A stretch of 64,000 bases of DNA from Phoronis australis (Eukaryota > Animalia > Phoronida), in assembly GCA_002633005.1 (NCBI GenBank), contig NMRA01000264.1, positions 1-64,000 on the forward strand, in the 5' to 3' direction. This document shows positions 1-13,796 of this stretch, in pieces. Position numbers and translations under genes: made by a program. The notes beneath the pieces were generated by a model that saw nothing but the letters and a program-made list of their open reading frames with translations, searched no databases and was not told where the DNA came from. Each line of letters opens with the position of its first letter. The first letter of the stretch is position 1.

Positions 1-30
1 GCCGTTGCCGTTGCCGTTGCCGTTGCCGTT
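1..30. repeat. (GCCGTT)5 microsatellite
   Basis: Five exact GCCGTT units at the window start. Confidence 0.9.
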
Positions 31-1093
31 TAAAGAAGGCGCTAGCGTAGGTACTCTTTGTAGTTCATTACTTAATTAACAATAGGTTTCAGTTGTCTAA
101 TTAGGGGTTACCATATAATGAATTAATTACTGGATTTGATCATTCACTCTCCATCTACGCACAATCTCAAAGCATAGCTACCATTTAAACAAACCCACAG
201 TCAATCTCTTAACATTTGGGGGCCAGTCCGGGAGTGTTTAAATAAAGGTTTACGTGGTTGTGTTGAATTGTTTTGAATCCAGTAATTACCGTTTGAATAT
301 TAATTAATAAAGTGCATTCTGGGAATAATACCCTTCCTCTAAAATGGATTTTGAAAAGTATATTGCGCAAGCGACACAATTCGGTTATACGGTGCAAAAT
401 TAAGGAAGTGCGCAGAGGAGCTCTTGCGGCAGGCCTCGGAGCGTGAAGAGCGCGCCCACAAACGAGAGCTGGAAAAGGGAGAGCTTGCACGGGAACAGGC
501 AAAGCTTGCACAAGAACACGCACAGCGCGCCCATAAACAAGAACTGGAATAGGCAGAGCTTGCACGGGAACAAGCAGAGCGGGCTCGAGCGATTGAGATT
601 CAGAAGCATAAGACACTGCAACTCCAGATTGAGCTCAAGGCTACACCTAGTGGTGGGGCTCCGAGCAGTGGTGTACGTACCAGCCGTCCAAAACTGCCAA
701 GGTTCGACGAACGCGTCGACTACATGGATGCCTTCCTAGCCCGATTTGAGACATTCGCCACAAGCCAGAAATGGGATAAATCGGAGTGGGCTGTGGACTT
801 GCGTCCATTGTTGACAGGTAAAGGCTTACAGGCCGGTGTTCAACAAGTGGAGATTCCTAGCTTGGATAGTAGATAAGACATTTGATTGTTTTGGTTGTTT
901 GATTAAAGTAATCTTTAAAGAGGGCGCTAGCGTAGTTACTCTTTGTAGTTGATTACTTAATTAACAATAGGTTTCAGTTGTCTAATTAGGGGTTATCATA
1001 TAATAAATTAATTACTGGATTTGATCATTCACTCTCCATCTAAGCACAATCTCAAAGCATAGCTACCTTTTAAACAAACCCACAGTCAATCTC
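30..1093 (+). mobile_element. Internally deleted Ty3/Gypsy (Gmr1-like) LTR retrotransposon remnant
   Basis: ~180 bp direct repeats at 30-209 and 916-1093. The first ends ...TTAACA (214) and is followed by a PBS-like TGGGGGCCAGTCCGGGA (217-233) resembling the complement of the tRNA-Pro 3' end. Broken gag at ~344-834 reads PKLPRFDERVDYMDAFLARFETFATSQKWDKSEWAVDLRPLLTGKGLQA. Confidence 0.8.
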
Positions 1094-3359
1094 TGGCAGA
1101 GCCAAACAAAGTGGTTACAGCCACTAAAGTTTTTGCTGTTTCGCTGCTGTTGAGGTTTCTGGTATCATAAATATTGAAACCAGTTTTGAACTAACTAGCT
1201 TTCTTTTCTGTCGGAGTTGTGAACACTTGGCCAAATAGGGTCTTTTTTAAAGACATTTCATTTTCCGTATCATTGGGTGTCAGGACTTGAGAACCTTCAG
1301 AGTGCCGGGCTGTATCCAAAATACATTAATGCGGCATTAAACGGAAACAACGTTAGTTCACCTACATAATTTTTGTCTTAAATCCTTCGTCATTCGTCTT
1401 GGTTATCCGAAGTTCACAGCGTATCGTTGAGGTACGGTTATAGCGCGTAAATAGACAAAAACCTGTATTAATGAACTTTCCAAACAATCGACAAATCAAC
1501 CGTTTTCAATTTGCCACTCGGAGATCAATTGAAAAATCCTTGTCTCTACGCCGATAGAAATCGGTCACGGGAACCATTGTTCATCTCGATCTGGTTGTGG
1601 CATCTCCAGAGGAATTCAAATAAAACCATTCAGCACGTTTTTTGTGACCTTGAAAGTCCTTTGGATTAATTCATGCCGTCTTTCTTGGTATGTTAGGGCA
1701 ATTGTTGGGCGGGATTAGAAAGTGCGTTCGCGTCAACGCGAATCCACAAGCAAGAAAAACAACAAACGTCTAGTCCAAGCGAATTGTAAATACAATTGAC
1801 AAATGGGCAGATTTATTCATTAGAGTAAATGTGCGTCATCAAGGCCCAAGCATTAACACATAAGAACCAAGGGTACAACTAAAATGCAGCCAACACTTGA
1901 AGTCTATTACAACGAAATGGACACCGAACAATGGTAACAGGTGAAGACCAAAGTGTTATCAAAAACTACAGTTACCCCTATCGTGCTTCATGCATAGCGT
2001 AAGACAGCATCTCATGGCATGTGGCTTGACGAAAGAGGCAACTTCCGGGATTTTGTTGCCTTTCTGACGCTGGTGTCTTTTTGTGTTTGCTGGCTCAGAG
2101 ACATGTTTGTTTTGTTGCCAGTGGTGGATCTTGCTTGTTCAGATCCTGTATGACACTAAAAGAAGTGTTAAGTACATTTCTCAGAAATAGCTCTTCAGAT
2201 TTATGTGAAACATTCAAATACTATTATTTAAACTTCTTTCACAAAACGAAAATGAAATGATCACATTTTAGATTATTAACAGTGTATCTGATACCACTTC
2301 TGAAATATTTTTATCAAATGAAATTCGATATTGTTATTGACACCGTTGTTTTACTAATAATGTGCTTTTTGCTAAATTTTGCAGTTTTTGAGAGATTGTG
2401 CCCTGGAACCAGGTATGAAACAGTGTACATGAATAAAGACAGTGCCTGAATGAGTAGCGAATGGAGTTTTCACTTCATTTTTCCGAATCGAACAAGTGGC
2501 ACATAGGAGTACACACGTCCAGGACGTTTACAGATGAACTGCACCACACCGTATGACTCTGATGTCTTTCGTCATAGTGGTCCTGCAACACATTTGATAT
2601 ACAGTCACTGCTGGCAACTTCAGTTCCCACACGTGGATGGTATATTAGTCAGCCAAAGTCCGGTTGTTGGACACTGGGACAAGTCGTTAAAAATGAACCC
2701 CTTGAAAGTGATAAAGCAATACGACCTGAATTGAAATCTACAAGTGAGAAAGTGTTTGGGCCGAAGGTATGAAATCACGGTATTCATCGGTTTTAAGGTT
2801 AACTAGACCAAGAATCCATAAATCTGAATATCCGCTGAAGTCCGAAAGCTTATCATTTTCAAAAGTAAAGATTCGATCTTTCAGGACACGAGATTCTGAA
2901 AAGTGATTTCGTGAAAAATTTTGGAGTTAGTTTCTATACACGTGCCGTTTGAAACTAGTGATTCGAAGAGCCAGTGCCCCTCAATGGGATTCAATCAAAT
3001 TTTGTCAATGCTTACTGAGCTGCTACATTTAGTTTCATTATCAAATTTTGGAATACAGCCAGTAAAATCTTGCTGCTCTGCTGTCAGACCTCGTCAATAG
3101 CTTCAACTAGACCTTCTTTTTGTTGGATTTGTGAACCTTCTGACTCAAGGTCCTTTTGAAAACGTTTTCATTTGTCGCATAATTTGCCTTCAAACTTGTA
3201 CACCTTCGGAGTATCGAGCTCTATCCTATTTATACCAATGCATTATGATGCGCAAGCAACATTAGGTTTCCTTATTCGGTTGTGAATTTTCTTCTTCCAT
3301 GCTTCTTCTTCCGTTCTGGTTATCCGTGGGTTTCAGCGTATCGCTGTTGCGTGGGTATN

Positions 3360-4310
3360 TTTTGTTGCCAGTGGTGGATCTTGCTTGTTCAGATCCTGTA
3401 TGACACTAAAAGAAGTGTTAAGTACATTTCTCAGAAATAGCTCTTCAGATTTATGTGAAACATTCAAATACTATTATTTAAACGTCGTTCACAAAACGAA
3501 AATGAAATGATCACATTTTAGATTATTAACAGTGTATCTGATACCACTTCTGAAATATTTTTATCAAATGAAATTCGATATTGTTATTGACACCGTTGTT
3601 TTACTAATAATGTGCTTTTTTGCTAAATTTTGCAGTTTTTGAGAGATTGTGCCCTAAAAATGAACCCCTTGAAAGTGATAAAGCAATACGACCTGAATTG
3701 AAATCTACAAGTGAGAAAGTGTTTGGGCCGAAGGTATGAAATCACGGTATTCCTCGGTTTTAAGGTTAACTAGACCAAGAATCCATAAATCTGAATATCC
3801 GCTGAAGTCCGAAAGCTTATCATTTTCAAAAGTAAAGATATGATCTTTCAGGACACGAGATTCTGAAAAGTGATTTCGTGAAAAATTTTGGAGTTAGTTT
3901 CTATACACGTGCCGTTTAAAACTAGTGATTCGAAGAGCCAGTGCCCCTCAATGCGATCCAATCAAACTTTGTCAATGCTTACTGAGCTGCTACATTTAGT
4001 TTCATTATCAAATTTTGGAATATGCTGCTCTGCTGTCAGACCTCGTCAATAGTTTCAACTAGACCTTCTTTTTGTTGGATTTGTGAACCTTCTGACTCAA
4101 GGTCCTTTTGAAAACGTTTTCATTTGTCGCATAATTTGCCTTCAAACTTGTACACCTTCGGAGTATCGAGCTCTATCCTATTTATACCAATGCATTATGA
4201 TGCGCAAGCAACATTAGGTTTCCTTATTCGGTTGTGAATTTTCTTCTTCCATGCTTCTTCTTCCGTTCTGGTTATCCGTGGGTTTCAGCGTATCGCTGTT
4301 GCGTGGGTAT
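3360..4310. other. Probable assembly overlap or haplotype duplication after the N at 3359
   Basis: Nearly identical to 2110-3358 except for a ~285 bp deletion and a few small differences; it starts exactly at the gap. Confidence 0.75.
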
Positions 4311-7300
4311 GGCGAGTCAGTAGACAAAAAACATGTATTAGCAAAAGTTTTACGATCTTTTACGTTATTTCGATTGATTCATGCTGTCATTCTGGATACG
4401 TTTGGGCTTGTGTCAGTAGGTTAGTGTAACTGTTAGTCGGGATTAGAAAGAGCATCAGCGTAAACGCGAATACACGAGCAAGACAATTGACAAACGTGTG
4501 GTGCAAGCGAATGGAGATAGATTTGGTGGATGGAGAGGTATATCCATTTAAAGTACATGTACGTCATCACGAACCAAACACTAAAACCTGAGTACAACCC
4601 AGAGTACAACTAAAATACAGCCAAAACTTAAAATATTTTACAACGACGCGACCCGGACACCACACAATTGTCATAAGTGGAGAGCTGTAACTGCAAGTGC
4701 CCCCCAAACTAAAATATCATGAATAACAAAAGTTATACACCACTGTCGTCTTTCATGAATCGGTAAGACAGCAACTCATGGCGCGCCCCCACGGAAGAAG
4801 CAGCTTGCGAGACGTTTTTACCTTTTCCACTCTGGTGTTATTTTGTGTTCGTGGTTCAGCAACATCTTTGGTTCACTCCCAGTGGTGGCGAGGCCATGGT
4901 CTTTGTTGTTCGAATCCTGTAAGACCCTAGAAAAGAACGTCTACATTTCTCTCTAACGTTTGTATCTCAGAAATGACAGTTCACATTGATGTAAAAATTT
5001 CAAATACTATGATGTAAACACCGTTCACAAAAACGAAAATGATAAGAGCATATTCTACAACTTTAACAGAGTTCTGAGATGACTTCTGAAACACTTTCAT
5101 TGAATTTAATTCGATCTTGTTATTGATGCCATTGTTTTACCATTAATGTGCTTTTTGTCCTACGTTAAATTTTACGGTTTTGAGAAATAATTTATTGTGC
5201 CCTGAAACCAGGTGTGGATTGATGGGTCCTAGAATGCACATACGGTCGAAGCATGTACATGTATCTTCCAGGATGTTAACAGCTTAATGGCACCATACTT
5301 TTTGGCTATGGTGTCATCCCACTGTTCGCGACGTCAAATCCTACATGCTAGTGGTATATTAGTCAGTCCAGTGGTTCGAAGAAATTTGGCGAAGTCTCTA
5401 AAAACCTACAATAAAATTCAAACGAAGTCAACCCTTTGGAGGCAATGAAATCGTATGATCTGAATTGAAATCTACGAGTGAGAAAGAGAGTGAGCAGGAG
5501 GTATGAATTCAAGGTATTCATTGGTCTGAAAGCTTAAACGTCCAAAAATCTATAAATTCGAATGTCCGCACCAGTCCGAAGCTAAACGTTAGAACTTTCA
5601 TGTATCAAGATTTTGAAAAGTTGTTTCGAAAAGAAGATTCGGGTATTTATATGCACGTGCTTATCTGAAACTACTTTATGGAACCGTGAGAGCCTGTCGG
5701 AAGGATCAAAACAATATTCGGCAATGTGCAGAGATGATGCATTTATTTACATTTTCAAATATTTGTTTATCACCACTACAATCTTGCTGCTTCCTGTCGA
5801 TGACTAAGTCACAGGTTCCAGGTATAATAGACCTTCGGACTAGTTTCGAACTAACTATCTGTTCTTTCTGTCGAATGTGTGAACCCTCGGGGTTAAAGGG
5901 CTCTTTTTAAAACATATTCAATTGTCGGATGATTTGCCTTTAGACTTGCAAACCTTAATAGTATAGAGCTCTACCCTATTTATACCAATTCAGTATGAAT
6001 CGCAAGCAAAATTATATTACATTCTTAATTTTAGTCTTCGTTTGTCATTCTTCTTCTTCCATTCTCCTTCTTCCGTCTTGGTAACCCAGGGTTCGCAACG
6101 TATCGTTGTTGTGTGAGTATAGCAAGTAAATAAACAAAACCATGGAATAATAAAATTTACAAACAAACAATTGAGAAATCAACTGTTGTTTTCCATTTGA
6201 TACTTGAATAATCAATGTAATTGAAAAATCCTTCTCCATGCCACGGGTGTAATCGATCAAGGGAACCACTGCTCAGCTCCACCTGGTTATGGCATCTGCA
6301 GAGGAACTCAGTTAACAGCATTCAGCATGCACACAGAATCGTCATTTGGATTCAGTCATGCTGTTTTTTAGTGTGTTAGGGTATGTGTTAGTATGTTAGT
6401 GCAAATTTTAGTCGAAATTACAAAGAGTGTTATCGTCAATACGAATGTACCAGCAAGACAAGTAACAAACGACAAGTGAAAGCGAACGGTGATAGATTTG
6501 GTGCATGGAGAGGAGTATCCATTTAAAGTACATGTGCGTCATCACGAACCAAACACTAAAAATTGAGTACAACCCAGAGTACAAGTAAACTACCGTTATC
6601 ACTTTAAAGCTGTTTCAATGATCAAGACACCACAGTTGTCACAAGTGTCAGTCAGACCAAAATGTTGTCAATAACGACAGATATACACCTCTATCGTCCT
6701 TCATGTATCTTTTATGGCAGCATCTCATGATGCACCCTAAGGGAGAGCACAACTTAAGGGAATTTTTACGTTTCCGATTATGTTATCATTTTGTGTTGAT
6801 GGTTCAGTGACATGACATCTTTTGCTCTGTGCCAGTGGTGGTAAGGTCAGTGCCCTGCATGCTCAGATCCTATAAGACCCTGGAACAAACGTCTATATTT
6901 TTCTAACCTTAAACGTTTATATCTCAGAAATAGCTGTTCTGATTCATGTAACACCTCAAAATACTGTGATTTAAAGACAGTTCACAAAAGAGCATATTTT
7001 AAAACATTACTAGAGTTCTGAGGTCACTTCTGGAACACTTTCATGAAATAAAATTCGATCTTGTTATTGATATCATTGTTTTACCATTAATGTGGCTTTG
7101 CCTTTTGCTAAATTTTACTTTTTTTGAGGGACTGTGCCCTGAAAGTAGGTGTAATACAATGTATAGGAATAAAAATAGATGCCCGAATGACTTCACTTTT
7201 CAAAATCAAAAAGGCTTCTGTACAGTTTTGATGACTCGCAGAACACACAGACAGTCGAAGCATTTAATTTCCAGGATATTAAGGGGGGAACGGTACTATA

Positions 7301-7720
7301 CCTTTTGACTCTGATGTCATTCCTGTGAGTGGTCCAGCGGCACCTTTGATACACTCTCACTGCTCGCGACGTCAGATCCCGCATGACAATGGTATACTAG
7401 TCAGCCAATGTCCAGTGGTTTGACGAAATTAGATCAATTCCTTAAAAGCCTACAATGATGTTCAAACAAAGTCATCTCATTGGAAGCAATGAAAACTTAT
7501 GATCTGAATTGAAAAGTACAAGTAAGAAAGAGTGTGAGCAGAAGGTATGAAATGACTTATTCATTGGTCCAAAAGTTTGCAAGTCCAAAAATCCATAAAT
7601 CCAAAGGTCCAAACTAGGTCGAAAGTCCATTAGTTTGAAAGCTAAAATTTCGAACTTTCATTTGTTATCTCCATGATAGCAAGTAACAGCATATGTTCAC
7701 GAAAACAACAACGGATTTAA

Positions 7721-7768
7721 AACTTGACATGTTTCGGTGTCATTTATTAAACACCATCCTCAGAAGTC
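7721..7768 (-). ncRNA. Minimal type I hammerhead ribozyme (Penelope-LTR type)
   Basis: Minus strand reads GACTT-CTGAGGA-T-GGTG..CACC-GAAA-CATG-TC-AAGTT: CUGANGA and GAAA cores, stem II GGTG/CACC, palindromic stem III, GUC cleavage triplet, stem I GACTT/AAGTT. Confidence 0.75.
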
Positions 7769-9334
7769 ATAATACAGTGGCCACCTAGCTAGGCCCAGCA
7801 ACAAGTAATGAAGCACAGATACAGTCAGTTACAGGGAGTGACAATGAACTATACCAACAATGACAACCTGTGGTGTGTCAGGCAACTGACAAAATGTTAT
7901 CAATAACGAAAGTTTCATACCTCTATCGTCCTTCGTGTACCGTGTAAGACAGCATCTCATGGCGCGCCCTCACGGAAATGAGGTGCAACTTCAGAGATTT
8001 TTTTACCTTTCCAATTACGGTAGCATTTGAGTAGGTGGTTCATTGCTATCTTTGGTTCTCTGTCAGTAGTGGCGAGGTCATGGTTGTTCAGATCATGTAT
8101 TACCTTTGGAATAACGTTCAAATTTCTCTAACTTTGAAGATTCGTATCAGAAAGCAGTTCAGATTTAGGTAAAATGTCAAATGCCATGATTTAAACACCG
8201 TTCAAAAAACGAAAATGAAATGATCATATTAACTGTTTTTCTGTGATGACTTCTGAAACATTTATTTTCATCGAATGAAATTCCACTGTGTGATTGATAC
8301 CATGGTTTTAACATTAATGTGCTTTAGTTTTTTTTTAAATTTACAGTTTTTTGCCCTGAAACCAGGTGTGAAACAGTGTTCATGAATAAAGACAGATGTT
8401 GAATGACTGGCGAGTAAATTTTGAACTTCGCTTTTTCAAATCAAACAAGGATGGCTTCGGATGAACATTATTGGTGACATTCGTGTTAGTTGTCCGGGCC
8501 TACCTTAGGTATACGGTCACTGCTTTCGACGTTAAATTCCGCGCGTTAATGGTATACTAGTCAGCCAAAGTCCACCGTTCGAAGAATGACCAAGTCGCTA
8601 TTAAATCTACAATACGGTTAAAAGGAAACCAAGCCTTTAGAAGCGATAAAACCTACATGACTTCAGTTTAAAATTAGAAGTGAGAAAGTGTATTTGCTGA
8701 AGGTATGAAATCACAGCTTTCATTTTTCCGAAGGTTTGCAAGTCCACAAATACACGCAAGTACGAAAGGCAATAACTGCGAAAGCTAAAAGTTCAAACTT
8801 TAATGACATAAGGTTCTGAACGGTGATTTGGAACAAAATATTTTGGGATCTTAAATACTCGAAGAGCCAGTGCCTCTGAAAAAAATCTAAACACAGTTCA
8901 GCAATGTGCATTGAGTTTCGCTTTCATTTACATTTCCAAACTTTGTTTTACCGCCACTTAAATTTTGCTGCTTCGCTGTCGTTGACTTTGAATAACTGGC
9001 TTCTGGTTTCGTGGCCTTATTTCGGACAAACTAACTTTCTTGTCTGTCGGAATCGTGAACCTTGGGCCTGATAGGGCCTTTTTAAAAACAGTTTCATTTC
9101 TCGTGTTATGGGTGTTTGGACTTGAGAACCTTCAAAGTATCGAACTACAGTTATTTATATTAATGCAGTATGAAACGCAACTAACGTTAGTTTACCTTCA
9201 TAATTTTCATTCTAAATCCTTCACTGTTTTGGTTATCCGTGGGTCGCAGTACATCGTTGGGGTATGGGTATGGCTTGTAAATAGACAAAAACGTGTATTT
9301 TACAAACAACCGACAAAATCAAATGTTTTCAATT

Positions 9335-9720
9335 TGCCACCAAGAAGCACAGTAGTCAATTTCGTCGGAACAAGACCGTCAGCCGACCTTTTTACAGTAA
9401 AAACATATATGCCAATTTTTAAAGTCATCCATAGAGTGGTTTGGTTGACAGTAAAAAAACAGCTGCTAGATGCCGCAAAATACTCCCAATCCATCCGGAA
9501 ATGAAAGATAGGCACCATTTCACTAATATATCCCTATCTGCCAAATTTTATGAAAATCCGTCAAGACCTTTGAATATACAGACTTTAGGTAAACTTAAAA
9601 AAAATTAAATTGCCACTAGGAGGCACACCGGTAGTTCAATCCGTCCTGTAATCGTTGTCATACGCTGTCAATTTAATATAAAGATACTTGCTAAATTTAA
9701 TAAAGATCTTGCAGAGCCAT
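9335..9720 (+). mobile_element. Fragment of a Helentron/HINE-like interspersed repeat
   Basis: Same subrepeats as 13797-15017 and 50960-52056 (GCCACTAGGAGGCAC, TTTATGAAAATCCGT). Confidence 0.6.
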
Positions 9721-12142
9721 AGACTCTATTCACGCGGCGGACATTAAAATCCAAAGCGAGGCTCACTGCGATAAACAAAGTGGAAATTTACATTGCGTGC
9801 GTTAAATAGCCGGTCTTTGGAGTCCAACCTGAATATTAAATCTTAAAAAATGTGTCAATAATTAACCACAGAGACGTAGAAAAATACAGTTAAAGAACAA
9901 TTCAATGCACCAATAAGTTTTCTGACGAAAGGATATAATTTTTTTCCGGAAAACTACTGTAGGTTCCAAATTGCGGCGATCGTAGTGTTACGGATTAGGT
10001 ATCATGCTGAATGCAGGTTTACGTTTCTTTTAATAAATTCTTGATAAAAATGCTTTCTACACGAACCAGGTCATCTGGTCTTATTGTTGACGAGTTAAAG
10101 ATATATTCGACAGTGGTGGCTCATAGCATTTTGCTGCCATGTGCAATTAGTCTCATCTGGTTTAATTTGTCGATCAAGAGTAGACCTATTAGCTTCAAGC
10201 ATAGCCTAGGTCCTGGTGAGGTAGGCACTACCGGGACTAATAGTTGATTTGTCATCGATCTGAAATAATACTTGATGTTATTAAATATATATTTTGATTA
10301 CGATAAAAAACTAGGCTCGCAATTGAAAATAAAAATAATATGACCGTCAATTCTGCTGTCTTGGTTTAAAATTTAATAATTACGTCTATTTCATGTGTTT
10401 TATATTTCAAATATCAATCTCGACCAAGTTGAATTTTAAATTTAAAACTCCTAATTCTTTCGTCCAAAGCATAACCTCGTTTTAGAGCTCAATTTCAGTT
10501 AACTGGACAGAACACAGTGGCGGATTTAGAGGGGAGCCAAGGAGCTATGCCCCAGCCCCCCCCCCTAAAATTCTCCCAGATTCCATTTGGCAGTTCAGGG
10601 GCGCGAATTTCTGACGGGCAGAATCCTGGGTAATACTCTGCCTTGTCCCCCCTTAACTCAAAGTCCTGAATCCCCCTGGAACAAGCATAGTTATCATGTT
10701 TCTTCAGAGGCCTCGTTCATATATCCGACGGGAAAGGTGCCACATGTGTGTGCGGCCTTCTGAGAGGGGAACGTTTCGCCGAGTGATGGGTCAGTGAAAA
10801 CTCTACTGACCTCCCGAGTACCATCAATAGCACCCCGCCCTTTTGCAAGCTCTCATAGCTCCGTCTCAAGTAGCGTTTTCAGTGGCTGATCTAGGATACC
10901 ATATAGGCCTAGTGAGGGGGGCCTGACATCCTCGGAGAAGCGGGCAAAGCGCGATTGTATGCACGTAGGCGGTCCGGAAGTTGCGGGCGCCGAGGATGTA
11001 TACCTTCTGCTCAGGAAATCTGTCGTTGGACTAAAAAAAAATAAAACGTAACGTGTTTTCCCCCCTCGTCCGCTACCGGTCCTAGCTCGAACTCAGTACA
11101 AGTTTCCTCCCGCTTCACGTTTTTCTGGTTCAGTTATTTTGCTTTCGGCAGTCAAGGGGGGGGACCAACACTTGTAAAACATTTTACAGCGACCTGGAAA
11201 CCACACAGTTGTCACAGGTGGAGAACTGTAACTGCACCTATCAGCAAGTCCAAAACGTTTTAATAACGAACTTTACACACCTTTGTCGCCTTTTGTATTT
11301 TGGATAAGATAGCATCTTATGGCGCACGTCCTGATGGAAGAGGCAATTTCCGGGATTTTTGATTTTTCCGACTCTGGTGTCGTGTTGAGTTGGTGGTTCA
11401 GCGATATCTTTAGTCCGTTGCCAGTGGTGGCGAGGTCAGGATCTTTCTAGTTCAGATCCTGTATGACCCTAGAAAAAGCGTCTACATTTCTCTTGCTTCA
11501 AATGTTGCTATCTCAGAAATAGCAGTTCAGATTTATGTAAAACGTTCACACACTATGATTTAAACATCTTTCACAAAACGAAAGTACAATAATCACAATT
11601 TAGAACATCAACATTGTTTCTGAGATCACTTCTCGAAACTTTTCTTCAAATTATTTTCGATCATGTTTTGACACGGTTGTTAGCTTTCAATGGTTTTTAA
11701 GAGAACATGCCTTGAAACTAGATGCGAGTCATTGTGCATTAATAAAGACATATGCTTGAATGACTCGCTAGTAGATTTTATACTTCCTTTTCCATATCGA
11801 AAAAATGTTGGTCATGTTTTGATGACACACTCGAGCACAAACGTGTAGTAAATTCTGGAAGCTTCTATGTTTACAAGTTAACGGAACCTTGACTCTTGTG
11901 CAATTCGTGTCAGTGGTCCTGCAGAACTTTTGGTATATTGTCATTGCTAGCAATGTCAGATCTCGCATGTTAATGGTGTACTGGTCAGTCAAAGTAAAGT
12001 AGTTCGACGAAAGGCAAAGTATCTAAAAGGCATAGAATAATATCAAATAGATGTTGGAATGCCGTGCAGTTATCGACGGATAAGAATATAAAATAGTAAA
12101 ACTAAAACGACGAGCGTCGGTACTAAAATATATTAAAATATC

Positions 12143-12176
12143 CCCACGTTTCGAGCGATGACCTCTTTGTCAAGGG
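12143..12176 (-). ncRNA. Degenerate hammerhead variant (UUGANAA core) in a Penelope-like LTR fragment (~12050-12185)
   Basis: Minus strand reads CCC-TTGACAAA-GAG..CTC-GAAA-CG-TG-GGG. The cleavage-site base is G, so it is probably inactive. Confidence 0.45.
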
Positions 12177-13796
12177 TGTGCTACATACTGTACAATGATG
12201 TTAAAAGGAAGTCAAACCCCTAGAAAAAATGAAATGATATCTGAATTGAAAATTTCAAGTGAAAAAATGTGTGGGCCAAAATTATGAAATCGCGGTATTC
12301 ATTACTCCAAAGGTTTGCAAGTAAGCAAATCCATCAATTCAAATATCCTCACAAGTCTGAAAGACCATTAGTTCGAAAGCTAAAAATTCGAAATGTCATG
12401 TTACGAGGTTCTGAACAGTGATTTCGAACAAAATGTTTCGAGATTTGTAAGCACGTGCCTCCCTGGAACCAATTCTTCCAAGAGCCAGTGCCTTGATAAA
12501 GCATCCAAACAAAGTTTGGCAAAGTGCACTGAACTGTCGCTTTTATTAACATTTTTAACTTTTGGAATACAGCCACTAAAATTTTGCTGCTCCTCTGTCG
12601 TTGAAGTTTGAACCACTGGCTTTTGGTATCTTTTAATTGTCGAGCTGTTTTCGAACTAATAAGCTTTTTGTCGAGTTTGTGAACCTGCGGCCCGATAGGG
12701 CTTTTTGTAAACATTTTCGTTTGTCGTATAATGGACACAGATTTGAAAACCGTCAAGGTATTGAGCTTCACCCTATTTAATGCAGCATGAAACCCAAGCA
12801 ACAATAGTTTACCTTCATAATTTTCGTCTGAAGAACTGCTTCGTCCGTTTTGGTTATTTGAGGATCGCAGCTTATTGCTGGGGTATGGGTATTGCGTGTA
12901 AATACACAGAACGTGTATTGAAAAAAAAATTACAAACAATCGCCAAGTCAACTGTTTTCAATTTCTCAAACGCAGATCAATTAAAAATCCTTGTCCTTGC
13001 TCCGCCAGAAATTGATACCGGGAACCACAGCCTAGCTCCACCCCGTTGTGGCATCTGTAGAGGAATTCAAATAATGACATTCAGCATACATTTTGTGACT
13101 TCGAACGTCAGTTGGATTAATTGGTGATGTTTTAGGTATGTTCGGACTGTAATTAATATTTTATTGGAATTGTTGGCGGGATTAGAATATGTGTTTGCGT
13201 CAACGTTAATGCACAAGCAAGAAAAGCAACAAACGTCTAGTCCAAGCGAATGATACTACAATTGATAGATGGACAGATCTATAGTCTATCTATTGGAATA
13301 AATGAGCGTCATCACAGACAAGGCATTGATATATGAGGAGAACTCAAAGTACAACTAAAATACAGCTAACACTAGAAATGTTTGTCAACGACCTGGACAG
13401 CACAGTGTTATAACAGGTGGAGAACTGTAACTGCACGTGTCGGCCAGTCCAAAATGTTATCAATAACGAAAGTAACGCACCTGAGTCGTACCTTGTGTAT
13501 CTGGTAAGACAGCATCTCATGACGTACGCCCTCAAGGAAGAGACAATTTCCTGGATTTTTTACTTTTCCTATTCTGGGTGTCATTACATGGTGACGGTTC
13601 AGTGACATTTTTGTTCGCTGCCAGTGGTGGCAAGGACAGCATCCTGCTACTTCGGATGCTGCGTGGCCCTAGAAAGTGTCCACATTTCTCTAATTTTAAA
13701 GGTTTGTATCTTAGAAATAGCAGTTCAGATTTTTGTAAAATCTCCCATGTTAAGGGTATACTGGACAGCCAGTAGTTTGACGAAAGAACAAGTCCC

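Noticed and set aside
209-739. Three overlapping ORFs with repeated peptides
   Set aside because: Off-frame or antisense readings of the coiled-coil repeat in the broken gag.
12349-12951. 200-aa ORF in the tandem array, considered as an endogenous viral gene
   Set aside because: The frame is not kept in sister copies and I recognised no viral motif; a consensus BLASTx is still needed.
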